DNA of 45,366 nt from Verrucomicrobiota bacterium (GTDB taxonomy: Bacteria > Verrucomicrobiota > Verrucomicrobiia > Limisphaerales > UBA11358). The position numbers were made by a program, and so were the translations under genes. The notes under the pieces were generated by a model. That model was not told the DNA's origin. It did not search any database and saw nothing but the letters and a program-made list of their open reading frames with translations. Shown piece after piece: positions 28,364-38,046 of the stretch; position 1 is the first letter of the stretch; each line of letters begins with the position of its first letter. The stretch lies in contig JBEKJN010000001.1 in the NCBI GenBank assembly GCA_050011235.1, positions 1 through 45,366 of the forward strand, written 5' to 3'.

Positions 28364-29953
28364 TTGGCGATGTTGCCCGATTCCAGTTCATACCGCATGA
28401 ATTCTCAGACTGCGCCGGATCGGATCATGCGCCGACTGGCTGCCGTTCTCGGAATTTTTTCTTTTGGTGTCGTGCTCGCCGCCCACAACATCACCGACGG
28501 AGATCTCTGGAACAAACTCGCCATCGGGGCGCATGTTTGGAAATACGGCACCGTGCCGGTGCACGACACCTTTGCCTTCACACCCGTGTTGCCGCGTTAC
28601 ATCGAACACGAATGGGGCGCCGGCACGATTTTCTTTGGCGCGCTTAAATTTTTTGGGCCGGCAGGGCTGATGACGCTCAAAATCCTGCTCGCCTTCGGCG
28701 CGCTTGGGGCGGCGGCGGCCACCGGCAGGAAAATCGGCTGCGCCCGGGAAACGTTGCTGGTGCTGGCCATTCCCGCGGCGGCGTGCGTGTTGCTCGGCTA
28801 CATACCCGTGTTACGAAGCCACACGTTTACGTATTGCTTTTTTGCCGTCACGCTGCTTGGCCTCGAAGAAATCCGCGCCGGCAAAAAATGGCCGGTTTTT
28901 GTTTTGCCTTTGATGATGCTCGCATGGTCAAACATCCACGGTGGATTTGTCGCCGGGTTGGGCACCCTGGCGGTTTACACGACGTTCTCGTTGTTCACGC
29001 GCCGGCAGATCAAACGCATGTTGTTCACGGCGTTCGCTTGTAGCGCGGCCGCGCTGGTCAATATTTATGGTCTCAAATTCTGGGCGTATTTGGTCCCGGC
29101 GCTTCTCAACCAGCGCCCGGAAATCGCCGAATGGCAACCGCTGCCGCTTTTTGCAAACGACGTGTTTCTCAGCTTCCGGATTCTTTTTGTGCTGGTGATT
29201 TTTCTGCTGCTCGGCGCATGGCGACGCACGGAGAAAAAAAGCTGGCCCGGCCTGACCTTGTTGGCGCTGACCGCGGCACTTGCGTGGCACAGCCGGCGGC
29301 ATGCACCATTTTTCGGAGTCACCGCTTTGGCTTTTGCCGGCCCATTTTTGCAAACCGTGCTCACCGATTTCGCCGCGCGTCTGCCGCGACATTTGCGGGC
29401 GGCTTTCAAACCGGCACTGGCGGTAATGATTCTTTACGGAGCCGTCGCCATTTATGCCGCGGCGGATTTTCTTCCCCATGCCTCATTCGTCCTGCTCTCA
29501 CCGGTGGGGCACGATCCGGTGCGTGAAGTGGACATTCTTTCGCGCGCCCAGGCCGAAGGGAACCTGGCAACACCCTTCAGGTGGGGTGGCTATTGCTCGT
29601 GGCGGCTTTATCCCCGCATTAAAATTTCCATGGACGGCCGCTATGAAACCACCTTTCCGGAATCCACCTTTGAATTAAACAACGCTTTTTATGAAAAGCG
29701 CGGCACCAACTGGGACCGGCTCATTCGTGATTACCAGGTGAATTATGTCATTCTTGCATTTACGCAGGAACGATTGCGCCCGGAGGATTTGTTGGACCAT
29801 GGTTACGTCTTGATTTGGACCACCGAAGGGCATTCCGCACTCATGGCCCTGCAAAAACACGCCGACCAGCTCCAGCGCGTCGCCGCCGAACTGCCGCCCA
29901 CCACCATCAATCCGGTCGACGCGAGCATTCCTGACGGATGGTGGTCTCGTTGA
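28364..29953 (+). CDS. polytopic inner-membrane protein (possibly a GT-C-type glycosyltransferase); function unknown
   Basis: 529 aa with about 11 or more hydrophobic segments followed by a soluble C-terminal domain. The start (TTG 28364 or ATG 28370) is uncertain. Confidence 0.6.
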   Translation: MAMLPDSSSYRMNSQTAPDRIMRRLAAVLGIFSFGVVLAAHNITDGDLWNKLAIGAHVWKYGTVPVHDTFAFTPVLPRYIEHEWGAGTIFFGALKFFGPAGLMTLKILLAFGALGAAAATGRKIGCARETLLVLAIPAAACVLLGYIPVLRSHTFTYCFFAVTLLGLEEIRAGKKWPVFVLPLMMLAWSNIHGGFVAGLGTLAVYTTFSLFTRRQIKRMLFTAFACSAAALVNIYGLKFWAYLVPALLNQRPEIAEWQPLPLFANDVFLSFRILFVLVIFLLLGAWRRTEKKSWPGLTLLALTAALAWHSRRHAPFFGVTALAFAGPFLQTVLTDFAARLPRHLRAAFKPALAVMILYGAVAIYAAADFLPHASFVLLSPVGHDPVREVDILSRAQAEGNLATPFRWGGYCSWRLYPRIKISMDGRYETTFPESTFELNNAFYEKRGTNWDRLIRDYQVNYVILAFTQERLRPEDLLDHGYVLIWTTEGHSALMALQKHADQLQRVAAELPPTTINPVDASIPDGWWSR

Positions 29954-29957
29954 TCGT

Positions 29958-32900
29958 TCAACCAACAAGCACGGAACGGTTCTGCGATAAAAAATGCAGC
30001 CAGCAGGCGGAGACAGGCCGCGAATAAATTTTGGCCAGGGCGCGCGCATAAAGTTTCAACTGGGGCGAATACATCTTTATTTTTGACGGCAATTCGCCCG
30101 CGCGAACTTCGTCCGTTTTGAAATCCACCAGCCAGATTTCTTCCGGCAGCAGGACGACCAGATCCGCCACGCCTTGCACAACAACGAATTCATTTTCAAG
30201 CCCCGCCTCCGGTTTTGTCCCGACGATTGCGACCAGTTCTTGCGGACTGAATTTCGCCGTAAAAGCCAGTTCGCGCCGCACGTTGACGGCGTTGGCCCGA
30301 ACTCGCCGGCCCGGATCGGACTGCCAAAATGCGGCGACGGCTTCCAAATCCAGCGCCGCGCACTCATCCGTGGACAAAACCTTTTCCCACTTCAGGCGCG
30401 CGGCTTCGGATTTGAGCGCGGCAATGTCGTTCGCATTTTCGAGCGCGAGGCACTGGAGAAATTTGTGATGCGCCGAGCCGGTTTCGGTTGCCAACAGCTT
30501 TCCGTGCGTCGGCTTGGCCGCGTGCGCGAATTGATATGGAGCGAACGTTTGCCCGGCCTCGTCATCCGATTCATCCGCCGCTTGGCGTCGCAGCGCGGTA
30601 ACGGACGATTTTGCCGCCTGTTTCGTCGCCGCGCTGAATCCGTATTCCCAGGTCAACGCCGCGCGGAGCTTTCGTTTTGTTTCCTTGTCGAACGCCTCTG
30701 GCTGGCGGGGATCGCCGCAGAGCGGGACAGGCTGCCCGCCCCATTTTTCGGCCAGTTCTTCATCACCAACGATTCGCCAGCGCAAATGCGGCAGTTCGCC
30801 TTCGGTCCCGTTTGTATTCGCGCTTTTGGCGTATTGCGCAAACCACAAGCCCAGCCAATCCGCGCAACATTTCGCCGCGAGAATTTCCCGCGGTGTCACT
30901 GCGTCCGGGTTGGTCCAGAGCGTCTGCCATTTCCTTTCCGTGACGGTGCCGCTCAAAATCAATGTGTCGCGCGCGCGTGTCACGGCGACGTAAAGCAGCC
31001 GCAATTCCTCACCCCACAACTCGCGGTGCTCGCGCCGTTGAGCGAGCCAGTGCGGCAGGCTTGGATAACGGCGGCCCGTGTGCGGCGGTTTGACGCGCGG
31101 ACACAAACCGAACTGTTCGTCCAAAATAATTTCCGCGCGCAGGTCCTGCGTGTTGAACGGCTTCGCCAAATCGGCCACGGCGACAACCGGGAATTCCAGG
31201 CCCTTGCTCTGGTGAATGCTCATGAGCCGCACGGCGTTTTCGTCCGTACTGCCCGCGACCTCCGGTTCCACCCCGGCCTCGCGCTGCGCTTCGATGAATT
31301 TCAAAAAGCGGAACAATCCCTGCCGTTGGAATTGATCAAACCGCCGGGCCAGGTTGAGAAAGCGTTCAACATTCGCCTGCCGCTGTGCGCCGCGTGGACG
31401 GGATCGCAACCATTCGGCGAAATGTGTTTCCGCCAGAACGTCTTCCAGACAGCCCGACAACGACGATTGCCGCGCCCCTTGCCGCCAACGCCCGAAGCGT
31501 TCCAGAAATTTCCCGATTTTTTCAACCGTTTCGCTCCGTATTCCACACTCCGCATTCCGCGCCCGATTGAGCGCCGTCCAGAAATGAACGTCCTTTGCTG
31601 CCAGCCGGATTTCCCCCAGTTCGTCGAGGGACAAACCAACCAGCGGCGAACGCAGCACCGCGATGCACGGAACGTCCTGCAACGGATTATCGAGCAGTTG
31701 CAGCAGGCTTAACAAATCCAGGATTTCCGCGCTCTCGAAAAATCCGCCGCGCTCGACCACCAGCGGCACACCGACCCGCTCAAACTCCTTCGCGTAAGCC
31801 TCCGCCTTGTTCGCGGGCGAGCGCAGCAGCACCGCCATGTCGCGCCATTCGGCCGGCCGGAAGGCCTTTTGCCTTGCGTCCCAGATTTCATGCCGCGCAT
31901 TTTTCAACTCCTGCAATCGCTGCGCGAGCAGCCGCGCCTCTTTTTCCATTTCCTCCAATCCGGCCAGATTGTCAGCTCCGGTTTCGCTTTCAAAATTTGC
32001 GTCGTCGCGCCCGTTTTTTTTGAAATGCAAAAGCAATTCAGCCCGCGGCGTTGAATCGCTGGCCAGGCCGGGCGCCGTCCGCGTTTCCGGCGAACCGAAT
32101 TGCAGTTGTGCTTCGGCGTCATAACGCACACCGCCGACATCCTCGCGCATGAGAAACTCAAAGACGGAGTTCACGAAATGAAGCAAACCCTCGCGGCTGC
32201 GGAAATTTTCCGCCAACGGGATCGTTTGCCCGTTTTTGCCGCGCCAGGCTGCGGCGTAATCGCGGAAGATTTTCGGGTCAGCAAGCCGAAAACGGTAGAT
32301 GCTTTGTTTCACGTCGCCGACGAGGAAGCGGTTTGCCCGGTGGGGCGAGCGTCCTCGCGAGCCGTCGGTGGAGTCAAGTTCAGCCATTTTCAGCGCCTCG
32401 CCGGGATTCTCGCCCCACCCTTCCTCGCGGCTCAATGCCTGGATGATTTTGTCCTGCGCGGCGTTGATGTCCTGGTATTCATCCACGAAGACGAACCGTA
32501 TTTTTTTTCGCCAGCGTTCCGCGAAAAACGACGGTTTGTCCGTTGCGAAATCCCAAAGCAGCTTCAACGCGAACTGTTCCAGGTCGTGGAAATCCAGAAC
32601 GCCGTCATCGCGTTTGCGCGCAGCGAACCGGGCGGAGAAATTTTGCGTCAGCCGCAGCAATGCGGTCATATGGCCGCGCACCCAATTCCAATCTTCAGTG
32701 AGCGGATCGTGGCCGTTTTCAACCGGTGCGAGCGCGGCGAGAAAAGCTGCGTCGGCAAAAAAATCTTCGAGGGGCTTTCGTAAAACGGTTTTTTTGCCGC
32801 GTGGCCATCCGGCATCGGCAGCTTGAATATGGTTTAAAACAACTGCGGCCTGTTCGCGTGAAGATTTCTTCGGTAGTTTTCCCAGGATTTCGAGGCATTC

Positions 32901-33626
32901 CGCCGCCTTGCTGTTTCCCGCCCGCAAATTTTCCAGCGCAGGCAGCCATTCACCGCGCCCGTCGCGGATGGCGTCGGTCAGCCGCGTGCGCCATTCGTCC
33001 GGTTCGGGCGACAAAAAATTTTCCAGTTGCTGTGCGTGCCAGCCTTCGGCATCGGGCCGGGTTTGGGCGTAATGATGCAAACGCAGAACGAGAGAGCGGA
33101 TTTTTTCATCGCGCCCGCTGCCATAAATTTGAATCAGCTTTTGGACCGCTTCAGCCAGTTCATTTTCAGCGGCGTAATGGATTTGCATTTCCTCTTCGAG
33201 CGTCTCGTTGGCCAGCAGCCGCGCTTCGCCCTCGTCGAGCACGGCGGGTTGCGGGTCGAGGCCGAGTTCGTAAAAACGTTCACGCACGAGCTTGAGGCAA
33301 AAACTGTGCAGCGTGCCAAGGTGCGCGGCGTCGAAGAGCGCGAGTTGCGCGGTCCAGTGAAGTTCGTCGGGCTTGTCGAAAATTTTTTCCTCGATCCGTT
33401 CGCGGAGCCGCTGGCGCATTTCAGCCGCGGCGGCCTCGGTGAAGGTGACGATGAGCAATTCGTCGAGCGATGCGCGTTCGCGGTCCAGGCAATCGAGGCA
33501 GCGCTCGACGAGTGTTCGTGTTTTGCCCGTGCCGGCGCCGGCCATGACGAGCACGTTGCCGCGCGCAGCGACAGCGCGGCGTTGCGACGGCGTCAGGCCG
33601 TCGTCATTTTTGGCAGGCGATTCCAT
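29958..33626 (-). CDS. UvrD/Rep-family helicase fused to a PD-(D/E)xK nuclease (AddA/RecB-like)
   Basis: Walker A motif AGAGTGKT, motifs VDEYQDIN and GDVKQSIYRFR, and a C-terminal nuclease motif VQGVADLVVLL..IWLVDFKTD...YSPQLKLYARAL. The start is trimmed to MESPAKN (cat at 33624-33626). Confidence 0.88.
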   Translation of the reverse strand: MESPAKNDDGLTPSQRRAVAARGNVLVMAGAGTGKTRTLVERCLDCLDRERASLDELLIVTFTEAAAAEMRQRLRERIEEKIFDKPDELHWTAQLALFDAAHLGTLHSFCLKLVRERFYELGLDPQPAVLDEGEARLLANETLEEEMQIHYAAENELAEAVQKLIQIYGSGRDEKIRSLVLRLHHYAQTRPDAEGWHAQQLENFLSPEPDEWRTRLTDAIRDGRGEWLPALENLRAGNSKAAECLEILGKLPKKSSREQAAVVLNHIQAADAGWPRGKKTVLRKPLEDFFADAAFLAALAPVENGHDPLTEDWNWVRGHMTALLRLTQNFSARFAARKRDDGVLDFHDLEQFALKLLWDFATDKPSFFAERWRKKIRFVFVDEYQDINAAQDKIIQALSREEGWGENPGEALKMAELDSTDGSRGRSPHRANRFLVGDVKQSIYRFRLADPKIFRDYAAAWRGKNGQTIPLAENFRSREGLLHFVNSVFEFLMREDVGGVRYDAEAQLQFGSPETRTAPGLASDSTPRAELLLHFKKNGRDDANFESETGADNLAGLEEMEKEARLLAQRLQELKNARHEIWDARQKAFRPAEWRDMAVLLRSPANKAEAYAKEFERVGVPLVVERGGFFESAEILDLLSLLQLLDNPLQDVPCIAVLRSPLVGLSLDELGEIRLAAKDVHFWTALNRARNAECGIRSETVEKIGKFLERFGRWRQGARQSSLSGCLEDVLAETHFAEWLRSRPRGAQRQANVERFLNLARRFDQFQRQGLFRFLKFIEAQREAGVEPEVAGSTDENAVRLMSIHQSKGLEFPVVAVADLAKPFNTQDLRAEIILDEQFGLCPRVKPPHTGRRYPSLPHWLAQRREHRELWGEELRLLYVAVTRARDTLILSGTVTERKWQTLWTNPDAVTPREILAAKCCADWLGLWFAQYAKSANTNGTEGELPHLRWRIVGDEELAEKWGGQPVPLCGDPRQPEAFDKETKRKLRAALTWEYGFSAATKQAAKSSVTALRRQAADESDDEAGQTFAPYQFAHAAKPTHGKLLATETGSAHHKFLQCLALENANDIAALKSEAARLKWEKVLSTDECAALDLEAVAAFWQSDPGRRVRANAVNVRRELAFTAKFSPQELVAIVGTKPEAGLENEFVVVQGVADLVVLLPEEIWLVDFKTDEVRAGELPSKIKMYSPQLKLYARALAKIYSRPVSACWLHFLSQNRSVLVG
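32340..32418. repeat. palindromic REP-like insertion translated in frame within the AddA-like gene
   Basis: gtggggcgag (32340-32349) is the exact reverse complement of ctcgccccac (32409-32418). The element encodes WGENPGEALKMAELDSTDGSRGRSPH, just before helicase motif III. Confidence 0.65.
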
Positions 33627-33646
33627 GGTCCGCACGCAGGCTAAAG

Positions 33647-33702
33647 TGGCACAGGCGTCCTCGCCTGTGAAATCCAAAACCACAAACCGGAGGCCTGTGC
33701 CA
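33647..33702. repeat. REP-like element of the ACAGGC/GCCTGT family
   Basis: Sequence is tggcacaggc-gtcctc-gcctgtg ... A/C-rich spacer ... ggcctgtgcca. The architecture matches the element at 1642-1707. Confidence 0.6.
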
Positions 33703-33754
33703 TATCCCAATTTTTCCGCGTGTATTTGCCGGACAGGCACGATAAATTCAACTC

Positions 33755-34468
33755 ATGTCTCAGGGCCTGCGACTTAAGGATCAACCCGCCAGCGAACGCC
33801 CGCGCGAGCGATTGGCCGAACACGGTCCGGCGGCGCTCGGTTCGGCCGAATTGATTGCCATTCTCGTGCGCACCGGTCTGCGTGGAACGAACGCCGTCGA
33901 AATCGGCGCGCAATTGATAAAAAAATACGGCAACTCGCTCCAGGCGCTGGCATTGGCGTCAGTGGACGATTTGCGGCAGGTGAAGGGTATCGGGCGCGAC
34001 AAGGCGGTGACGCTCATCGCGGCGTTCGAGCTGGCCCAGCGGATGGCAAAGGAATTGTGCAACGAATCGGAGCCGTTGGATCATCCGGAGGCCGTGGTGC
34101 GGCTGTTGCGCGCCCGGAATCTGCTCAAGAAGGTGGAGACATTGCAGGTATTGTCGCTCAACACACGCCGCCGATTCATCCGGCTGGATGAAATTACGGA
34201 CGGCACGCTCGACACCATTCTCGTGCATCCACGCGAGGTGTTCAGAGCCGCCATTGCGGCCAATGCCGCCGCGATTGTGCTGGCGCATAATCATCCGAGT
34301 GGTGACCCGACGCCGAGCGAGGCGGACATCAAGGTGACGCGCGATTTGATCCGCGCCGGACAGCTTTTAAAAATTGACGTGCTCGACCACATCATCATCG
34401 GCCGCGCGACGCAGGAGCGGCAGAAGGATTACGCGTCGTTGCGCGAGTTGGGATATTTTTATTCCTGA
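33755..34468 (+). CDS. radC: RadC-family JAB/MPN domain protein
   Basis: An N-terminal HhH region (ERPRERL...G...LS.AELIAILV.TG) and the JAMM motif LAHNHPSGDPTPSEADI. Confidence 0.9.
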   Translation: MSQGLRLKDQPASERPRERLAEHGPAALGSAELIAILVRTGLRGTNAVEIGAQLIKKYGNSLQALALASVDDLRQVKGIGRDKAVTLIAAFELAQRMAKELCNESEPLDHPEAVVRLLRARNLLKKVETLQVLSLNTRRRFIRLDEITDGTLDTILVHPREVFRAAIAANAAAIVLAHNHPSGDPTPSEADIKVTRDLIRAGQLLKIDVLDHIIIGRATQERQKDYASLRELGYFYS

Positions 34469-34560
34469 TTTTTAGCCGCAGATGAACACGGACAGACATG
34501 GATGCTTTGAACAAAATCGTTTGAATCTGAGTTCAACTGTGTGAATCTGTGGCGGCAAAG

Positions 34561-35358
34561 ATGATTCATCCAACGGCCATCATTCATCCGAAAGCGAAAC
34601 TGGATTCGACGGTTCAAGTCGGCCCGTATGCGGTGATTGACGAGGGCGTGGAACTGGGTGCGCAATGCGTCGTCGGGCCGCACGTTTATCTCACGGGGCT
34701 GACGAAGATTGGCGCGCACAATCATTTTCACGCAGGCTGCGTCATCGGTGACGCGCCGCAGGATTTGAAGTACGACGGCACGCCGACGCAGCTGCGCCTC
34801 GGCGACCACAACGTTTTCCGCGAGCACGTCACCGTTCATCGCTCGACCAAGCCGGACGCGGAAACGGTCATCGGTTCCCACAATTTTCTCATGGCCGGGG
34901 CGCACGTGGCCCACAATTGCGTGGTGGGCGAGCACGTGGTTCTGGCCAATGGCGCTTTGCTGGGCGGGCATGCGGTGGTGCAGGATCGCGCGTTCATATC
35001 CGGCAATGCCCTCGTACATCAGTTCTGCCGGGTCGGCACGCTGTCGCTGATGCAGGGCGGCTCGGTCATCAGCAAGGACCTGCCGCCGTTTACGGTGGCG
35101 CTGTACGTAAACGAAATTTGCGGGCTGAATGTCGTCGGCTTGCGCCGCGCGGGATTCACCGCGGAACAGCGGATGGAATTGAAGCGGCTTTACCATCTGC
35201 TGTTTCGTGGCGGGAAAAACCTGGGCGCGGCAATCACGGAGGCAAAAAAAAAGTTCACCAGCGCCCCGGCGAAAGTTTTACTGGACTTCATCGCCGAAGC
35301 AAAGCGCGGTGTCTGCGCGGACATCGGTCACGCGATGGGCGGAGGCGAAGACAAGTAG
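34561..35358 (+). CDS. lpxA: acyl-ACP--UDP-N-acetylglucosamine O-acyltransferase
   Basis: Starts MIHPTAIIHPKAKL, has left-handed beta-helix hexapeptide repeats and a C-terminal helical domain (NVVGLRRAGF...L..LY). Confidence 0.92.
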   Translation: MIHPTAIIHPKAKLDSTVQVGPYAVIDEGVELGAQCVVGPHVYLTGLTKIGAHNHFHAGCVIGDAPQDLKYDGTPTQLRLGDHNVFREHVTVHRSTKPDAETVIGSHNFLMAGAHVAHNCVVGEHVVLANGALLGGHAVVQDRAFISGNALVHQFCRVGTLSLMQGGSVISKDLPPFTVALYVNEICGLNVVGLRRAGFTAEQRMELKRLYHLLFRGGKNLGAAITEAKKKFTSAPAKVLLDFIAEAKRGVCADIGHAMGGGEDK

Positions 35359-35367
35359 GATGCGGCC

Positions 35368-35877
35368 ATGTATAAAGTTCTCGGTTCAGACGGAAATGAA
35401 TACGGCCCAGTTTCCGCCGAGCAGGTGAAAAAGTGGATTGTGGAAAACCGGGTTGAAAAGAAGACACCGGTCATACCGGAAGGCGGAGTGGATTGGGTCT
35501 TTCTGGGTTCGCTGCCGGAGTTTGCCGCGGCGTTCATGACACCCTCATCGGGCCCGCCGCCAATTCCTCCATCCGCCGGAGCATCAAAATCCGCCGCTGG
35601 TTTCAACAAGGTCATTCCATACAAAAATGCACGGGCGTTGGTTGCGTATTATCTGGGCGTCTTTTCAGTGATCCCGCCTTTTGGCGCCCTGCTCGGGATT
35701 CCGGCCCTTATTTTGGGAATCTCGGGATTGCGTTTTCAACGCCGGAATCCGGATGCAGGCGGCAACGTCCACGCATGGATTGGGATTGTTTTAGGCGGTT
35801 TGTTTGGTTTTGGATATTTGGCATTGATTGCTCTCGTTATTATCCGTGGGGTTGTCCACGGACATTCAATGCGTTAA
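35368..35877 (+). CDS. GYF-like (DUF4339) N-terminal domain plus DUF4190-like membrane domain protein
   Basis: N-terminus MYKVLGSDGNEYGPVSAEQVKKWIVENRV...W..LGSLPEF, a Pro-rich linker and two C-terminal TM segments. Confidence 0.75.
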   Translation: MYKVLGSDGNEYGPVSAEQVKKWIVENRVEKKTPVIPEGGVDWVFLGSLPEFAAAFMTPSSGPPPIPPSAGASKSAAGFNKVIPYKNARALVAYYLGVFSVIPPFGALLGIPALILGISGLRFQRRNPDAGGNVHAWIGIVLGGLFGFGYLALIALVIIRGVVHGHSMR

Positions 35878-35887
35878 CTTTTGCATC

Positions 35888-36391
35888 ATGTATAAAATCA
35901 TCGGGGCGGACGGCAAAATCTACGGTCCGGCGAGCGCCGAACAATTACGACAATGGCTCGCCGAAGGCCGCGCCAATGCGCAGACCCAAACGCTGGTGAA
36001 CGGTGCCTCGGAATGGAAACCACTCGGCACGCTGCCGGAATTTGCGGCGCATTTCGCGCCGCCAATTCCCCCGGTGATCAGGCCGTTGCCGCCGGGAACT
36101 TCAGTGACGGGGCAGTTGCCGAAAACCAATTCCTATGCGATGACGGGACTGATTCTGGGCATTTTGTCGCTGACGTGCTGCTGCGGATTTCCGTTCAATA
36201 TTCTGGGACTGGTCTTTTCACTGGTCGGGCTGTCGCAAATCAACCGGCATCCCGAACTTTACGAAGGCCGTGGGCTCGCCATCGCGGGAGTGATCCTTTC
36301 GGCGGCGAGCCTCATTTTGTCGTTTGGATTGCTGCTGTTCAACCTTGTACTCAGCCCACCAAGCATCATGTGGCATTTCAGAAGGTTCTGA
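35888..36391 (+). CDS. paralogous GYF-like/DUF4190-like membrane protein
   Basis: N-terminus MYKIIGADGKIYGPASAEQLRQWLAEGRA...WKPLGTLPEF, with the same architecture as the preceding gene. The start is trimmed to ATG 35888. Confidence 0.75.
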   Translation: MYKIIGADGKIYGPASAEQLRQWLAEGRANAQTQTLVNGASEWKPLGTLPEFAAHFAPPIPPVIRPLPPGTSVTGQLPKTNSYAMTGLILGILSLTCCCGFPFNILGLVFSLVGLSQINRHPELYEGRGLAIAGVILSAASLILSFGLLLFNLVLSPPSIMWHFRRF

Positions 36392-36400
36392 ACCAAAACC

Positions 36401-36838
36401 ATGCGTACGGCATCACAGCCTGTGCCGCCGAAAATCGCCGCGCCGCCGTCACTCGCCTTTTTTGCGGGGGCCGTGCTCGCGGCAACCGTGCTGGGTTCGG
36501 GCGCGGTTTTGTTTTTCTTCAATCCGAGCACGCACGGATTTTATCCGGTGTGCCTGTTTCACAAGCTGACCGGCCTGAACTGTCCGGGCTGTGGCGGGAC
36601 GCGGGCGGCGTATCAATTGCTGCACGGACACCTTTTGCGCGCGTTGCGGGACAACGCGCTGTTCATTCTCGCGCTCGTCGCTTTGATGGTGCGCGGAGTG
36701 TGGTTTGCCACGCGCAAAATTTGCCATCAGCCCGCCACGTTGGCCGTGCCGCCAAAAGTGTTGTGGGCATTTTTGGTTCTCGCGGTTGCGTTCAGCGTGT
36801 TGCGGAATTTGCCGGCGTTTTCGTTTCTCTCGCCCTGA
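36401..36838 (+). CDS. DUF2752-like membrane protein
   Basis: Carries the CPGCGGTRA motif after the first TM segment and is multi-TM. Confidence 0.7.
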   Translation: MRTASQPVPPKIAAPPSLAFFAGAVLAATVLGSGAVLFFFNPSTHGFYPVCLFHKLTGLNCPGCGGTRAAYQLLHGHLLRALRDNALFILALVALMVRGVWFATRKICHQPATLAVPPKVLWAFLVLAVAFSVLRNLPAFSFLSP

Positions 36839-36896
36839 ACCGCGCGGGAACTTTTCGCTTTTGCGGCCGCGCGTTCTCGTGTTCAATCGTTGACCT

Positions 36897-37235
36897 ATGA
36901 GTCTGACACATCCATTGACGACCACGACGTTTGATCTGCCCGGCTATCGCGTGACCAAATCGTTCGGCGTTGTGCGCGGCATCATCGTGCGGTCGCGCTC
37001 GGTCATCGGCAACTTGGGCGCGAGCATCCAGGCGATTTTCGGCGGGAACATTTCGCTTTACACCAACCTTTGCGAACGTGCCCGCGAAGAGGCCTTCAAT
37101 CTGATGCTCACGCACGCCGGCCAACTCAGCGCCAACGCGGTCATCGGCGTGCGCTACGACGCCACGGAAATTGCGGCGGGCATTACCGAAGTGCTGTGCT
37201 ACGGCACGGCGGTCTATGTGGAGCAGGCGAATTGA
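36897..37235 (+). CDS. ybjQ: YbjQ/UPF0145 family protein
   Basis: 112 aa: [11 protein letters not shown]....GVVRGI.VRSRSV..N......AIFGG....YT.L....R.EA...M...A...[11 protein letters not shown]. Confidence 0.85.
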   Translation: MSLTHPLTTTTFDLPGYRVTKSFGVVRGIIVRSRSVIGNLGASIQAIFGGNISLYTNLCERAREEAFNLMLTHAGQLSANAVIGVRYDATEIAAGITEVLCYGTAVYVEQAN

Positions 37236-37299
37236 ACGTTGAGCGGGCGAAAGAAAAGTTTTTCACTTTCATCCTTCAACACGCAACCATTGACTAAAA

Positions 37300-38031
37300 A
37301 TGTCCGGTCACAGCAAATGGGCGAAGGTCAAGCACTTCAAGGGTGCGATTGACGCCAAACGCGGGAGGATTTTTTCCAAGCTGGGGCGTGAAATCACCAT
37401 TGCCGCCAAAATCGGCGGCGGCGACCCGGACATGAACCCGCGGCTGCGGATGGTGCTGCTCAAGTGCCGTACGGCGAACATGCCGAAGGACAATATCGAG
37501 CGCGCAGTTAAAAAAGGCATCGGCGGCGGCGAAGACACGAATTATGAGGATTTGACCTACGAAATTTACGGGCCGAACGGCGTGGCACTGCTCGTGGAAG
37601 TAAGCACGGACAATCGCAATCGCACGGCATCCGATATTCGCAGCATTGTAACCAAGAACGGCGGCAGCATCGCGACGCCTGGATCAGTCAGCCGATTGTT
37701 TCAACGCAAAGGGCAAATTATTGTCTCACGAGAGGCGGCGGGCGAGGATCAATTGATGGAACTGGCGCTCGAAGCGGGCGCGGAGGATTTCAAGGCTGAA
37801 CCGTTGGGTTATGAAATCATCACCGAACCCGCGAATTTCGAGACGGTGCACAAGCAAGTTGAGGCCAAAAACATCAAGTGCGAGGTGGCAGAGATCACGT
37901 CGTTGCCGACGATTACCGCGCCACTTGCCGATCCGACGGCGGTGGCGGCTGTCAACAAATTGATCGAGGCTTTGGAGGAGCACGACGACGTGAAGGAAGT
38001 TTTTCCCAACGCCGAGTTCCCCGAAACGTGA
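37300..38031 (+). CDS. yebC: YebC/PmpR family DNA-binding transcriptional regulator
   Basis: Starts MSGHSKWAKVKH.KG..DAKRG.IFSKL.REI..AAK.GG.DP..NPRLR. Confidence 0.93.
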   Translation: MSGHSKWAKVKHFKGAIDAKRGRIFSKLGREITIAAKIGGGDPDMNPRLRMVLLKCRTANMPKDNIERAVKKGIGGGEDTNYEDLTYEIYGPNGVALLVEVSTDNRNRTASDIRSIVTKNGGSIATPGSVSRLFQRKGQIIVSREAAGEDQLMELALEAGAEDFKAEPLGYEIITEPANFETVHKQVEAKNIKCEVAEITSLPTITAPLADPTAVAAVNKLIEALEEHDDVKEVFPNAEFPET

Positions 38032-38046
38032 ACCGCGCGACGAGGT

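Noticed and set aside
30174-31712. 512-aa + strand ORF antisense to the AddA-like gene. The ORFs at 32100..32783 and 33027..33644 are similar cases.
   Set aside because: The helicase and nuclease motifs are all in the minus-strand frame, so these are shadow ORFs.
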